Source: Ascoidea asiatica JCM 7603 (taxonomy: Eukaryota; Fungi; Ascomycota). From it: a stretch of DNA of 64,000 nucleotides. The stretch spans positions 1,776,201 to 1,840,200 of the forward strand of contig BCKQ01000002.1 in the NCBI GenBank assembly GCA_001600695.1, given 5' to 3'. The stretch's first letter is position 1. Each line of letters starts with the position of its first letter. Made by a program: the position numbers and the translations under genes. Under the pieces are notes generated by a model. The model ran no database searches. It was not told the DNA's origin and worked only from the letters and a program-made list of their open reading frames with translations. Below are positions 1 to 12,800 of the stretch, piece by piece.

Positions 1-1
1 A

Positions 2-2248
2 AATAATAATAGTAGTAGTAGTAATACCACTAATAATAATAATAACTCAATAGATTTAAAAATTAATGATCCAAATAAAATTCCTTTACCAGGTAATGAA
101 GATTATGAATTTGTTTTTGATGATAATCAAAAAGTTATATTTACTGAAGAAGAAAAATTATTATATGATAAAGAATCTCAAGATTTAAATTCAAAAAAAT
201 TGGAAACTGAAAATAAAATTAAAAATTTAAAAACAATTAATGATATTAAAAAATCTTTACCAGTTTATAAATATAAAAATGATTTATTAAATTCAATAAA
301 AATTAATCAAGTTTTAATAGTTATTGGTGAAACTGGTTCTGGTAAAACAACTCAATTACCTCAATATATTTATGAAGAGGGTTATTGTAAAAATGGTTTA
401 AAAATTGCTTGTACACAACCAAGAAGAGTTGCTGCTATGTCTGTTGCAAAAAGAGTTTCTGATGAAATGAATGTAACTTTAGGTAATGAAGTTGGTTATT
501 CAATTCGTTTTGAAGATAGAACAAATAAAAAAACTTTGATAAAATATTTAACTGATGGTATGTTACTAAGAGAATTTTTTATTGATCCAAAAATGTCATC
601 ATATTCTGTAATAATTATAGATGAAGCTCATGAAAGAACTTTATCAACAGATATTTTATTAGGTTTAATTAAAGATATTTTAAAATTTAGAAAAAATTTA
701 AAATTAATAATTTCTTCTGCAACAATGAATGCAAAAAAATTTAGTAAATTTTTTAATAATGCACCAATATTTAATGTACCAGGTAGAAGATATCCTGTTG
801 ATATTCATTATACAATTCAACCTGAATCAAATTATATTCATGCAGTTATCACAACTATTTTTCAAATTCATATATCTCAAGGTTTTGGTGATATTTTAGT
901 ATTTTTAACAGGTCAAGAAGAAATTGAAATTATCGAAGAAAATATAAAAGATACCTGTAAAAAATTAGGATCAAAAATTAAAGAAATGATAATTTGTCCA
1001 ATTTATGCAAATTTACCAAATGATTTACAACAAAAAATTTTTCAACCAACACCGAAAAATTCAAGAAAAATTGTATTAGCAACAAATATTGCAGAAACTT
1101 CAATTACAATTGATGGAATTGTTTATGTTATTGATCCAGGATTTGTTAAAGAAAAAATATATAATCCTTCAACAGGTATGGATAGTTTAATAGTTACACC
1201 ATGTTCACAAGCTTCATCAAATCAAAGAGCAGGTAGAGCAGGTAGAATTGGACCTGGAAAATGTTTTAGATTATTTACAAAATGGTCATTTAAAAATGAA
1301 TTACCATTAAATTCAACACCAGAAATTTTAAGAATAAATTTATCAAGTGTTGTATTAATATTATTATCATTAGGTATCACAGATTTAATAAAATTTGAAT
1401 TTATTGATTCACCATCAATTGATTCATTAATAAAATCATTAGAATTATTATATTCATTAGGTAGTATAAATGAAAAAGGATTATTAACAAAATTAGGTAG
1501 ACAAATGTCTGAATTTCCAACAAATCCAATGATTTCAAAAGTTTTATTAATTAGTAAGAAATATAAATGTACAAAAGATATATTATCAATAGTTTCATTA
1601 ATTCAAGAATCTTCAACCTTATTTCATAAACCAAAAGATAAAAAATTATTAGTTGAAGAAATTAGAAGTAGATTTAATAATAAATTCGGAGATCATTTTA
1701 CATTATTAGAAATTTGGAATGAATGGAAAGAAAATAATTATTCATATGAATGGTGTAAAGATACATATATACAATATAAAACATTAAGAAGAGTTAAAAA
1801 TATTAGAAATCAATTAGAAAAAATATGTGAAAGAGTTGAAATTCGTGATAAAAAAAGAAATGATAAATCTTTTAATAATGAAGAAAATAATAACAATGAT
1901 AATAGTATGGATATAAATGAGGAAAATAAGATTATAAGAATAAGTAAAGCATTAACAGCAGGATTTTTCCCAAATTGTGCAAGATTATCAAAAATGGGAG
2001 ATAGTTATAGAAGTTTAAAAAAAAATAATCAAATTTTTATACATCCAAGTTCAGTTTTATTTAAAATTAAACCTGCAAATAAACTCATAATTTATAATGA
2101 ATTAATTTTAACTAAAAAAGAATATATGAGGAATTGTTTTGTTATTAAAGAAGAATGGTTAAAAGAATTAGCACCACATTATTTTTCTAAAAAGGAATTG
2201 GAAATTGCAGATACTCAAAGTAAAAAAATTCCCAAAATTATTAAATGA
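2..2248 (+). CDS. PRP2: DEAH-box spliceosomal RNA helicase Prp2/Cdc28 (5' end lies upstream of window)
   Basis: GETGSGKTTQLPQY, TQPRRVAAMSVAKRV, DEAHER, SAT and QRAGRAGR motifs. Frame is open from base 2 (…EDYEFVFDDNQK…), so the TTG at 200 is not the start. Confidence 0.88.
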   Translation, partial: NNNSSSSNTTNNNNNSIDLKINDPNKIPLPGNEDYEFVFDDNQKVIFTEEEKLLYDKESQDLNSKKLETENKIKNLKTINDIKKSLPVYKYKNDLLNSIKINQVLIVIGETGSGKTTQLPQYIYEEGYCKNGLKIACTQPRRVAAMSVAKRVSDEMNVTLGNEVGYSIRFEDRTNKKTLIKYLTDGMLLREFFIDPKMSSYSVIIIDEAHERTLSTDILLGLIKDILKFRKNLKLIISSATMNAKKFSKFFNNAPIFNVPGRRYPVDIHYTIQPESNYIHAVITTIFQIHISQGFGDILVFLTGQEEIEIIEENIKDTCKKLGSKIKEMIICPIYANLPNDLQQKIFQPTPKNSRKIVLATNIAETSITIDGIVYVIDPGFVKEKIYNPSTGMDSLIVTPCSQASSNQRAGRAGRIGPGKCFRLFTKWSFKNELPLNSTPEILRINLSSVVLILLSLGITDLIKFEFIDSPSIDSLIKSLELLYSLGSINEKGLLTKLGRQMSEFPTNPMISKVLLISKKYKCTKDILSIVSLIQESSTLFHKPKDKKLLVEEIRSRFNNKFGDHFTLLEIWNEWKENNYSYEWCKDTYIQYKTLRRVKNIRNQLEKICERVEIRDKKRNDKSFNNEENNNNDNSMDINEENKIIRISKALTAGFFPNCARLSKMGDSYRSLKKNNQIFIHPSSVLFKIKPANKLIIYNELILTKKEYMRNCFVIKEEWLKELAPHYFSKKELEIADTQSKKIPKIIK

Positions 2249-2559
2249 ATATTCTATTTAAAAGGAGAATATTAATTGGAAAGTAAGAAAAAAAAGAAAA
2301 GATAAAGGAGAATTATAATAAAACCGAAAAAGAATTTAAAATGAAAAATCAAGTTATTTTTATTTTTGTCTTAATATTTCTCATATTGTCTAAGAGTCTC
2401 TATTAGATCTAGATCCAATCTTTTTATTCATTGGATTGTTGGGGTTTAATTAATTTTGGAAATATCCAAGAACTAATTCGATTAGATTGGAGTTTAACGA
2501 GGAGTTATGCCTTTAGAAATCCTCCAGTGAACTCAAAGACTCTGAACATGTCTCAGACA

Positions 2560-2840
2560 GGGTCTCTGGTTAATTATTTTACTGGTCCTGCTGTCTCAGC
2601 TGCTCTTTCAAAGGTTCTTTTAGCTGCTTTTCACATAGTTCTTCCAGCAGTTCTGCCAGCACTTTCTGCTTCTTCTGCTTCTTCTGCTTCTGCTGCTGTT
2701 TTTGTTTGTGCTGCTGCTGTGGTTTGGCGGCGCGCTGCTCGATGTGGCAGTGGCAGGCGAATTAAGGTGCTGTCACGGGCCAGCCAATCAGCGGGCGAGC
2801 TGTGAGGCACCATCCACATCTGGCAGACCCACAGCTGCAA
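2560..2840. promoter_or_regulatory. GC-rich upstream island with (CTG/CTT)n tracts, followed by a poly(T) tract
   Basis: Sharp local GC rise in an AT-rich background, directly upstream of the LRR gene. ORFs here have no recognisable protein character. Confidence 0.45.
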
Positions 2841-2988
2841 TAACAACAACAATAACAAAAATAAAGCATAAAGAACAAACGATTGATCCTTTTCTGATCT
2901 TTCTCTATTTCAATCTCTTCATTATTCTGTTTTTATCTCTCTTTTTTTTTTTTTTTTTTGGATAATTCATCCATTGGTATTCATTAAA

Positions 2989-5040
2989 ATGGATCACAAT
3001 GATAACAACAATAATAATAATGGAAAGCCTGGATTCTCATCTTTTTCAAATAAGAAAAGATTTTTATCTGATCTTCCTCTGCTTCCTTCAATTCCAAAAA
3101 GAAGGTTGCTAAATAACCCTAATTCAAACTTAGATTTGAATTTTAATTCTAATAATAATCAAGAAGTAAATAGACATACATTATATAGAAGAAATTCAAG
3201 AGATTCAATTTCTTCGAAAACCTCAAGTAGTTTATTTTGTTCTACTGATTTATCAAGTGAATCGGTTTATAATTTTGGTAATGATATTCCAAACTATAAT
3301 AATATAAATAATCTCAATAACAATATCAATAATAATAATAATAATAATAATCATACTTATAATTCTGATAATTTCCCTTCAATTGATATCAATATAAGAA
3401 ATAATAATATTAATAATCCTCCAAGTTCTCCAGTTTCTTCTTATGATATAAATCCAGATGAAACTTTAAATGATATTCAATTTAATCAATTAATATCTCC
3501 ATCTTTATCAAATATCAATAACGAAAATCAAAGTAAAATTCAATTAGATTCTGATGATACGGATTTTGATATTAATTTAGATAAATATGGTAGAATTCAA
3601 TCAAATTACATCAATTATAGTGATATTGAATCAATTTCTGATGATATAAACCCAATCAATAATAATAATAATAATGACAGTAATAATATCCTATCTCAAT
3701 CTCAATCTCAATCTCAATCTCAATCTCAATCTCAATTTCAAGCTTATTCTAAATCCCAGTCTTATAATCAATCTCATAGTATTCAGATGATTAATATTGA
3801 TAAAGATCAAGAAAACATTCATCAAATTGTAAAAACTATAATTTCTGATGCTTTTAATAATGATTCAATAGAATTTCAAAAAAATCAAATCTTAAATTTT
3901 GATGGTTTAAATTTAATCTCAATTCCAAATGCAATCTCAGATTTAAAAGATTTAGTTTTATTTGATAAAAATGCAAATATTATCAAACAACCAAATTTTC
4001 AACTATTTTTTCATCATAATAATTTAATTAATATTAATCCGAGATTATTTAATATTTCAAATATTGTTGTATTAAGTTTAAGAGATAATAATTTATCTTC
4101 ATTACCAGGTTCAATAAATTTATGTTCTAAGAATTTAAAATCTTTAAATTTATCTTTAAATAATTTTAAAACTTTACCATGGCAAATTTTAGATCTTAAA
4201 AATCTTGAAACTTTATCAATTAGACCAAATTCAAAATTAATTGAATTTAAAAATTTTAAAAAAATTTTACCTTTTAAAAATTTTAGGATTATTATTGATT
4301 CAACTTTAAATAATTTTGCAATTTGTAAATTTGTTTCTTCAATAATTTTTAGTGATTTAAATTTACAAAAAAAAATTAATAAAATTAAAAAAAATGAATC
4401 AAAAACAATAAATTTACTTAAAAATTTTTATATTTCTTCTTTTAAATCTAATAATAATAATACTTATTCAAATTCTCAAAAATTATTAATTGATGATTTA
4501 AAATATCAATTATTTTTAAAAAATAAAAAACAGAAAAAAAAAATTCAAAAAATTATTAATGAATCGATTTCTCATACTCCAAAATTATCTGAACTTTGTT
4601 TAAGAAATATAAGTAGTTATAAATTTCACTCAGATTTTGAATATAAATCTTGGACAAAAGGTATTAATAAAGTTCATTTACAATCAGTTTCAAAAGCTTT
4701 AATTTGTGGTTCTAATAATGAAATTTGTTTTATTTGTAAAAATGTTTTAATATATTCCGTTGCTCATGTTATTGAATGGTGGGATATTTTAGGTAATAAA
4801 CTTGTGCCAATTAAAAAAAAATTTTGTTCAGGTGGTTGTATAAAAGAATATGAATCAAATAATTTCAATAGTTATTCAATGGATGATGATGCTTTTTATT
4901 TAGCGAATTTTGAAAAACAATTTGAAAAAGATATTTCAATTAATGAAAATGATAATCCAAAATTAAATGATGATGATTTAATAGATACCGATATAGATCA
5001 AGAAATGGATGAAAATATAGGAGATATGGAGTCTTTTTGA
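2989..5040 (+). CDS. Leucine-rich-repeat protein with BC-box-like motif and C-terminal Cys cluster (LRRC58-like)
   Basis: First ATG at 2989. LxLxxNxL repeats (LSLRDNNLSSLP, LNLSLNNFKTLP), then TPKLSELCLRNI, CFIC…EWWD…VP…FCSGGC. Asn/Ser-rich N-terminus. Confidence 0.75.
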   Translation: MDHNDNNNNNNGKPGFSSFSNKKRFLSDLPLLPSIPKRRLLNNPNSNLDLNFNSNNNQEVNRHTLYRRNSRDSISSKTSSSLFCSTDLSSESVYNFGNDIPNYNNINNLNNNINNNNNNNNHTYNSDNFPSIDINIRNNNINNPPSSPVSSYDINPDETLNDIQFNQLISPSLSNINNENQSKIQLDSDDTDFDINLDKYGRIQSNYINYSDIESISDDINPINNNNNNDSNNILSQSQSQSQSQSQSQFQAYSKSQSYNQSHSIQMINIDKDQENIHQIVKTIISDAFNNDSIEFQKNQILNFDGLNLISIPNAISDLKDLVLFDKNANIIKQPNFQLFFHHNNLININPRLFNISNIVVLSLRDNNLSSLPGSINLCSKNLKSLNLSLNNFKTLPWQILDLKNLETLSIRPNSKLIEFKNFKKILPFKNFRIIIDSTLNNFAICKFVSSIIFSDLNLQKKINKIKKNESKTINLLKNFYISSFKSNNNNTYSNSQKLLIDDLKYQLFLKNKKQKKKIQKIINESISHTPKLSELCLRNISSYKFHSDFEYKSWTKGINKVHLQSVSKALICGSNNEICFICKNVLIYSVAHVIEWWDILGNKLVPIKKKFCSGGCIKEYESNNFNSYSMDDDAFYLANFEKQFEKDISINENDNPKLNDDDLIDTDIDQEMDENIGDMESF

Positions 5041-5338
5041 AAAGTTTTAATTTATTTATATTTATATGTTGTTTTTCTTTTTTTTTTTTTTTTCAATTAA
5101 ATTTAAGTTCTCTTGCATTTTTTTTTTATTCTTCCTTTTACTTTTGTTTTCGTTTTAAGTTTTAGTCTTTACATTGTTTTAGTTTTTTTTTTCATATTCA
5201 CATTTTTATTTTCATTTATATTTTTCGTTTTAATGAAGTTTTATTTTTATTCATTCTTTTCAAACAGAACATAAACTATTATAACATTTATTAAATTTTT
5301 TTTTTTTAATTTTTTAAATTTTTTGATATTTTTTTACT

Positions 5339-6637
5339 TCAGGGTACACTGAATAAACTAAAATTTCTTACAATATTTGGACCATATTCATCATAATCTT
5401 GTTTTGTATGACAATAAGCTTTAAATTCACTTGTTTGAGCCATTAAACTACCACCAAACCATACAGCATTTCTTTGTCTTCTATGAGAAATTACTTGAAC
5501 CTCAACTCCACTACTTTTTGCATGAGAAATTTGTTCAGAAGCTTCAACTCTTTTTTTAACAATATCACGAATATCTCTTTGTAATCTTCTACCAAAATCT
5601 TTAAACATTGTTGAACCACCACTTAAAACAATATTTTTATAAAGACCTTTTCTAACATCAATTGGAGAAGATTGAATAACTTGATCAACAACAATTGGTA
5701 ATGGAGTTAAAAAATCACTTGAAGCAATTTCTGGATTAAAAAAAATTTCTGGAGCTAAAAATCTTTCATAACCAACATCAACTAAACTTTTAATTGTTTT
5801 ATTTTGAGATTGATAAATATATTGAGCAAATTTTTGTTTATCATGATCAAATTTTTTAAATTCTTTTACAATATCTGGACAAACATAACAGAATTGTTGT
5901 TTAATTTGTTCTGCGGTACGTAAAGAAGAATCTAATTCACCTCTTTCTCTTAACATTTGTTGAATAAATAAAGTTATATCTCTACCAGCTATTGGAATAT
6001 TTTTAATTGCAGAACCAATTACATAACCTTCAGCGACAGGTATAACATGAGTTACACCATCACCAGAATCTATTACAGTTCCTGTTAAAACTCTATTTTG
6101 AACTTTTGAAGAAGTCCAAGAAGCAGCTAAAGCTAATACAGCTTGTACAGCAATATATAAACCTGCACAATTGAAACTTTCAAACATAATTTCAGCAGTA
6201 TTTTCTCTATTTTCAGGAGGATTTAAAGGTGGTTCAGTTAATAAAAAATAATGATCTTCAGGTTCACATCTTAAATATTTAAAAATTGAATTTTCCCAAA
6301 ATCTTTCCATATGATCCCAATTTTCAATTTGTCCATGTTTTATTGGATATGATAAAGAATATGATTGACCATTTGAAGCATTAATTGCTTCATCACCTAT
6401 ATAAAAATCTAAATCTTCCATACCTCTTTTTGAAGCAAGATTATTACCAGAAGAATTATTATTTAAATTTTTTTTATTTGAAGAATTTGAAGAAGATTTA
6501 GAAGCTGTTGAAGAACCTGAACGTGTTGCAATTGCTGTTGGAAATACAAAAGATGGAGCATCATTACCTGCAAACCCTAATTTTGTTAGACCTGTACCAT
6601 TATCCATGATAACAGCAGGAGTTGCCAAACTTGACAT
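5339..6637 (-). CDS. ARP3: Actin-related protein 3 (Arp2/3 complex)
   Basis: [37 protein letters not shown] and AVLALAASW are Arp3-specific motifs. Confidence 0.97.
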   Translation of the reverse strand: MSSLATPAVIMDNGTGLTKLGFAGNDAPSFVFPTAIATRSGSSTASKSSSNSSNKKNLNNNSSGNNLASKRGMEDLDFYIGDEAINASNGQSYSLSYPIKHGQIENWDHMERFWENSIFKYLRCEPEDHYFLLTEPPLNPPENRENTAEIMFESFNCAGLYIAVQAVLALAASWTSSKVQNRVLTGTVIDSGDGVTHVIPVAEGYVIGSAIKNIPIAGRDITLFIQQMLRERGELDSSLRTAEQIKQQFCYVCPDIVKEFKKFDHDKQKFAQYIYQSQNKTIKSLVDVGYERFLAPEIFFNPEIASSDFLTPLPIVVDQVIQSSPIDVRKGLYKNIVLSGGSTMFKDFGRRLQRDIRDIVKKRVEASEQISHAKSSGVEVQVISHRRQRNAVWFGGSLMAQTSEFKAYCHTKQDYDEYGPNIVRNFSLFSVP

Positions 6638-7099
6638 TTTGAGTAATTATTTTTATATATATATACTGTATGAATGGATAATAGATGGTAATTGAATATT
6701 GATAGTAAATAATTATTACTATATTAATTAAAGAAGGTATATATAATTAATTGATCACTTGTTAATATCAATAACATAGATATATTTCAATGATTCTTCA
6801 GATGGATTACCTCTGATGGAAAATGGTTGAAATTCAAGGTCCTTCTTTTATTGTTTGTATTGTTTTGGCCGTTGTCATCTAAATAAATCTCCAATACCGT
6901 AAAAGAAGCATACAGACAGGATCCAAAGAGCTTAACGCTCTGAAAACTCACGTTTAGGGGCTCTCGTCAAGCGCAAAACGCAGAACTGAAATTATTGCGC
7001 GCATTATTAACCCAACAATATCTACCACAGTACTGGTAATTACTTAAAAAAGTACCATTTGGCTGGTAATACCAGCTAGGTGGGTTTACATTTATAAAA

Positions 7100-7106
7100 T
7101 CACGTG
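7100..7106 (+). promoter_or_regulatory. TCACGTG E-box (Cbf1-type) in the ARP3/CCT5 divergent promoter
   Basis: Exact motif; one of seven intergenic copies in the window. Confidence 0.5.
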
Positions 7107-7363
7107 TCTCTTGTGTTTTTCTTTGACATTTCTTCAATTGAAGTTTTTCAACTGAAGAAGCTAAAATTATGAAAAATAATACTGTAATAAAATTATAACA
7201 TTGATGTGAATTTTGAATAAATGTTGAATCGGTGTTTTGATTTGGATAAAGGATAGATATAATTTTACTACAAATCAATTCATTTTGATTTTTTAATTAT
7301 TTTTCTTCATTTCTCTTCTTTATAATCTTTCTTATTAGATCATATTATATTATATTTTTCAAA

Positions 7364-9123
7364 ATGTCTCAAATGATGGAAATGCCTGATATGTCCAATG
7401 CAATTGTTGCTCAGGATGAAATGGGAAGGCCATTTATTATAGTTAAAGAGTATGTTAACTTAAATTTTTAATAATGAATCAATAAAAATTTATTATAAGT
7501 ATTTTATATAACTCAATTACTAACTGCTATTCTTATTTTTATATTTATATTTATAGTCAAGGTAAAAAAAAAAGAACTCATGGAATTGAAGCAACAAAAT
7601 CTCATATCTTAGCCGCAAGAACAGTGGCAAGTATTGTTAAAACTTCTCTTGGCCCAAGAGGTCTTGATAAAATTTTAATATCTCCAGATGGTGAAATTAC
7701 AATAACTAATGACGGTGCAACTATTTTAACACAAATGGAATTAGATAATGAAATTGCAAAACTTTTAGTTGAATTATCAAAATCTCAAGATGATGAAATT
7801 GGTGATGGTACAACTGGTGTTGTAGTTTTAGCTTCAAGTTTATTAGATCAAGCTCTTGAATTAATAGATAAAGGTATTCACCCAATTAAAATTGCAAATG
7901 GTTTTGATAAAGCTTGTAAAATTGCTTTAAATCATTTAGATCAAATTGCAACAGTTATAGATAATGAAAGTAATTTACAAAATAATTCTCTTTTTAAAGC
8001 TGCAAAAACTTCTTTAGGTTCAAAAATTGTCTCTAAATGTCATGATCAATTTGCTCAAATGGCTGTTGATGCTGTAACTTTAGTTGCTGATATGGAAAGA
8101 AAAGATGTACTTTTTGATCTAATTAAATTAGAAGGTAAAGTTGGTGGTTCTTTACAAGATTCAAAATTAATTAAAGGTATTATAATTGATAAAGAATTTT
8201 CTCATCCACAAATGCCAAAACATCTTAATGATGTTAAAATTGCAATTTTAACTTGTTCATTTGAACCTCCAAAACCAAAAACTAAACATAAATTAGATAT
8301 TGCAACAGTTGAAGAATTTAAAAATTTACAAAATTATGAAAAAGAAAAATTTCAAGAAATGATTAATTATGTTAAAGATTCTGGTGCAAATTTAGTTATT
8401 TGTCAATGGGGTTTTGATGATGAAGCAAATCATTTACTTTTACAAAATGATTTACCTGCTGTTAGATGGGTTGGTGGTCCAGAAATTGAATTACTTGCAA
8501 TTGCAACTAATGCAAGAATTGTACCAAGATTTCAAGATTTATCTTCAAAAAAATTAGGTACTGCAGGTAAAGTTAATCAATTATCTTTTGGTACAACAAG
8601 AGATACAATGCTAGTTATTGAAGAATGTGCAAATTCAAAAGCTGTTACTATTTTTGTTAGAGGTTCAAATAAAATGATTGTTGATGAAGCTATTAGAGCT
8701 TTACATGATTCTTTATGTGTTGTGCGTAATTTAATTCGTGATAACAGAATTGTTTATGGTGGTGGAGCTGCTGATATTGCATGTTCAATTGCTGTTAATG
8801 AAGCTGCTGATAAACAAAAAAGTTTAGATCAATATGCTTTTAGAGCATTTGCAAATGCTTTAGATGTAATTCCAATGACTTTAGCAGAAAATTCTGGGTT
8901 AGATCCAATTGAAACTTTATCAAATATTAAATCTAGACAAATTAAAGAAAATAATTCTGATTTGGGTGTTGATTGTTTAGGTAAAGGTACAAATGATATG
9001 TCTGAATTATTTGTTATTGATCCATTGATAAGTAAAAAACAACAATTAATGCTTGCAACTCAATTAACTAGAATGATATTGAAAATAAATAATGTGATTA
9101 TTACTGGAAAAGATGCTTATTAA
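7364..9123 (+). CDS. CCT5: Chaperonin CCT epsilon subunit; exons 7364-7449 and 7557-9123
   Basis: Spliced N-terminus [41 protein letters not shown] matches Cct5. GDGTTGVVV and [13 protein letters not shown] motifs. Confidence 0.96.
7450..7556 (+). other. Spliceosomal intron of CCT5 (107 nt)
   Basis: GTATGT donor at 7450, TACTAAC at 7518-7524, TAG acceptor ending 7556. Splicing restores the frame. Confidence 0.95.
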
Positions 9124-9893
9124 AGTTATATAAATTTCATTAAGATTTATTAATTTCATAATTTCATAATTTCATAGTTTCATAAATTTGTGTATACATA
9201 TCAATTTTCTTTTTTCTCAAGCCTAGAATGATTTCATTTCATTTAATTTCAATTAATAATATCATTATTTCAATCATTTATTGTTGAATTCCATTGCAAT
9301 TCTTCTATATTTTTATTTTACAATAACTATAATAGCCATAATAGCCATGATAGCCATGATGTAAAGTACAGTAGTTATGGCAGATTATTATCCAGATTGC
9401 GGACTTGATTTTCCAACAACCACGGAAGAAGCTACATCCGTTACCCAATCTCCCACTTCGAGCTGTGACAGAAATTAAAGTAAAGTAATTCTATTCTGCT
9501 TTATATTCTATTCAATAACGTTAGCAGTTACTCAATTATACCACTGCAATAATAAAAAAGTATTAAAGATTAGATCATTAAACTCTTTGATAGTTTATAT
9601 TATCATATTTATAATTTATCATCAAAATATTAAAATATAATATAATATAAATAATTTAGAAACACTACTTATATGAGAACATATCAAGATTCGCAAGATC
9701 AAGATTAATCAATTCCTTTCACTGTTTTTCGAAAACTTTTCTGTTTATACAAAAATTGATTTATATTTCAAATTTTAAAGTAAAAACTTATCAATTTTCA
9801 ATCCATTATATAATGAAATAAGAACTCATCATATAAAATCAGTAAATCAATAAGTCAATCAATCAATCAATAATACTAATAATCGATTATAAA

Positions 9894-12800
9894 ATGTCAG
9901 ATAAAGTAGAATTTTCTGGAATTGATTCATTATTTTCTCAAATTTGGGAAGGTTTATTTTCTAATAATGCTGATGATAAGTTACGGTATGGAATAAAATT
10001 AAAAAAGCTTTTACAACATCCAAAATCTTGTGAAACTTGTTTTGCAATTCTTTTCCAAAAGACAAAAGATGAAAATTCAAATAAATTAGAATGTCTTTTG
10101 ATGACAAGATATTTTGCAGAAGCTGCAAATAATGAACCTGTTAATATTGGTAGAATTAATCAAATTCTTGAACTTTTAAAAAAAGATCCATCTATTTCAA
10201 GAGATATAGCTCAAACAATTGGAGTTTTATCAAGACCAGGTTCTACTCTTGTGAATAAATTAGAATTTTCTATAAAAACTGCTGCTGAAAATCTTCGAAA
10301 TAAAAGAGAAGCAAATAAATTATTTGCTTTATATCTATTACAAGAATGTTGTAAAAATAATATGCCAGTAACTTCAAAAATAATAATTCCTTCGATTTTA
10401 GATCTTCTTTATTTAACTTTAAAAGATTCAAGTCTTAAAGTTAGAGATGAATCTGCAAAATTATTAAATGTTACATTCAATGAATTATTAGTAAAAGATT
10501 CAATGCTAGCAACCAATTGGTTTCAAAGTTCCTTTGAAGTTGCTGAAAGAAATACAGAAACTGGAGCTGCTGAAAATATTCATTGTGGATTATTAGTATT
10601 TAGAGAATTAGCTTCAATTGCAAATCAAATTGTTAAAAGATACAAAGCTTATGGTTCTGAATATTCTTTACAAAATCAAAAAACTTCTCAAAAACAAAAT
10701 CTTTTAATGTTAGAAAAATCAATTAATAAAATATATATAATATCAATTAAATATAGAGAACATAAATCTTTTGATATTAGAAAAACTGTTACTGAAATTT
10801 TACCTTTTGTTGCATCATTTAATCCTAAACATTTTATCCAAAATTCTTTAACTCAATTAACTGATCAGTATACTACAATAATAAAAAAAGATAAAGATAA
10901 AATACCAATTTTATATTTATTTGGAAGATTAGCAATGTCACTTGGTTCTGGAGCTTCTTATAGACCTTATTGTGATAGAATTATTCCAATAATAGAAAAT
11001 TTACTAATTTCTTTAACATATTATTCATCTAATAATTCTTCTACAACACCCTTACTTTCAGTTTTTGGAACTGTTAATAATTTGAAACATGAGAAAAAAT
11101 TTGAATTAGAGAAAGCTTTATTTTATTGTTTATCCAATTTAGCAGATTGTTTAAAAGAAAATTTACTAAGCTCATTCAGAAATGATATTGTTGGTTTACT
11201 TTCTGGATTTTGTATTACTGAACATTTAATTACTTTACTTGGAATTTTAATTCGTAATATTCCTACCTTAGAAGATTCAATACTAGAAAAATTTATGAAC
11301 GTTATTTCAAAGTATCTTGCTGGTTGTAACTTTATTTCTCCTGGATTACCTTTTGCAAATTTAGGTCAATCAGAAAAGAAAAGAATTTTAAGTGAAGTAA
11401 GTATACAAACTGCAATAAATGGAAAAGGAAACTATTATAGGGTTACTAATAATCCCTTATCAAAGGAAAATCTTGTTGAAGGTCAAGATCCTTATAAATG
11501 TCAGCTTTCAAGTCGATTAATTGAAAATGGATCTAGTGGGTTTTCAAAACCCAATAGTAGTATTGCATCCATAAGGGATCTTGCTGATTTCAAAGAAGCG
11601 GCAAAAGCTAGACAGACTCTATTACAAGGATATGGATTTCTTTCAAACACAAATAATAACTATAATCAGAATGATAATAGTGGTGTCATGTCAATTGCAT
11701 ACAATGACAAACTTCTCATAAGGCAATGTTTTGAGATGCTTAATACATTAAATTTTAGTAGAATTTATGCTTTGAATGAATTTTCTAGATTTGTTATTTT
11801 GAATTATACTGACACTGAAGATAAAACTGTAAGAAAATTAGCTGCAATTACTGCTTGTAACTTATTCTTACTGGACCCAATTGTTGATGAAGTATCTTTG
11901 AATGCATTAATGGCAATGAGTGAACTTTTAAATCATCTTTTAGCTGTTGCAATTACTGACACTTCTGCAGAGATTCGTGGTGAAGTTCTCTCCTGTTTTA
12001 CGGAAAAATTTGATTCCCAATTATCTCAAGCAAATAATGTCCAATTATTATTATTAGCTTTAAATGATTCAAATTTCGTGGTTAGAAAAAATGCTTTAAC
12101 AATTTTAGGTAAATTGTCAAATAAAAATCCTGCTTATATTGTTCCTTCTCTTAGAAAAACTTTGATTCAGCTTTTAACAGATCTTGAATTCTCTGGAGTG
12201 GAAACAATTAAAGAAGAAAGTGGTTTACTTTTAACAGAGTTGATCAAGTCAACTAAAAATTTAGTCAAACCATATGTCAAGCCAATATTGGAATGTTTTA
12301 TTCCTATAATTTCAAGAAATGATGTTTCTACTTTAAATTTTATCACAGTTAAATCCCTTGGGATATTAGCCTCCATTGTAGGTGAAAATTTTAGGCCCAA
12401 TTTGAAAGATTTATTACCTTTGCTACTTGATGGGTTGAAAGAAAATTCCAACGCCATTTCCGAGGAAGAAAAAATTGCAATTTTGACTACTTTGTCTCAG
12501 ATTGCGTTTCATTCTGCTTATGTTATTGATCCGTATTTAGAGTATCCAGATCTTATGAATACTCTATTGGAAATGATAAGTAATGATCCTTCCAAGCAAG
12601 TCAGGGAAGAAGTGTCTCGCGTTATTGGGTCTTTAGGGGCCATTGATCCTTTCAAAATAGTTGAAGCAGAAAGAAAAAAAGCCAGAATGAAAATTTACAG
12701 TGTCGTTCCTGATGATATAGGTGAAAAAGAATTAGCTATAACTACAAATATTATGCATGCAGCAAGTGAGGATATTAAGGCTCCTGAAGTTTTGCAAAGG

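Noticed and set aside
2431-2965. Overlapping short ORFs (124, 75 and 87 aa)
   Set aside because: They arise from a GC-rich, stop-poor island with CTG/CTT repeats; mostly non-ATG starts and no protein motifs.
7624-9123. ORF-track starts at GTG/TTG or internal ATG for CCT5, MLH1, SRP21, FAF1, RFC4 and PRP2
   Set aside because: This is a eukaryotic locus; the true starts are upstream exons, the first ATG, or off-window.
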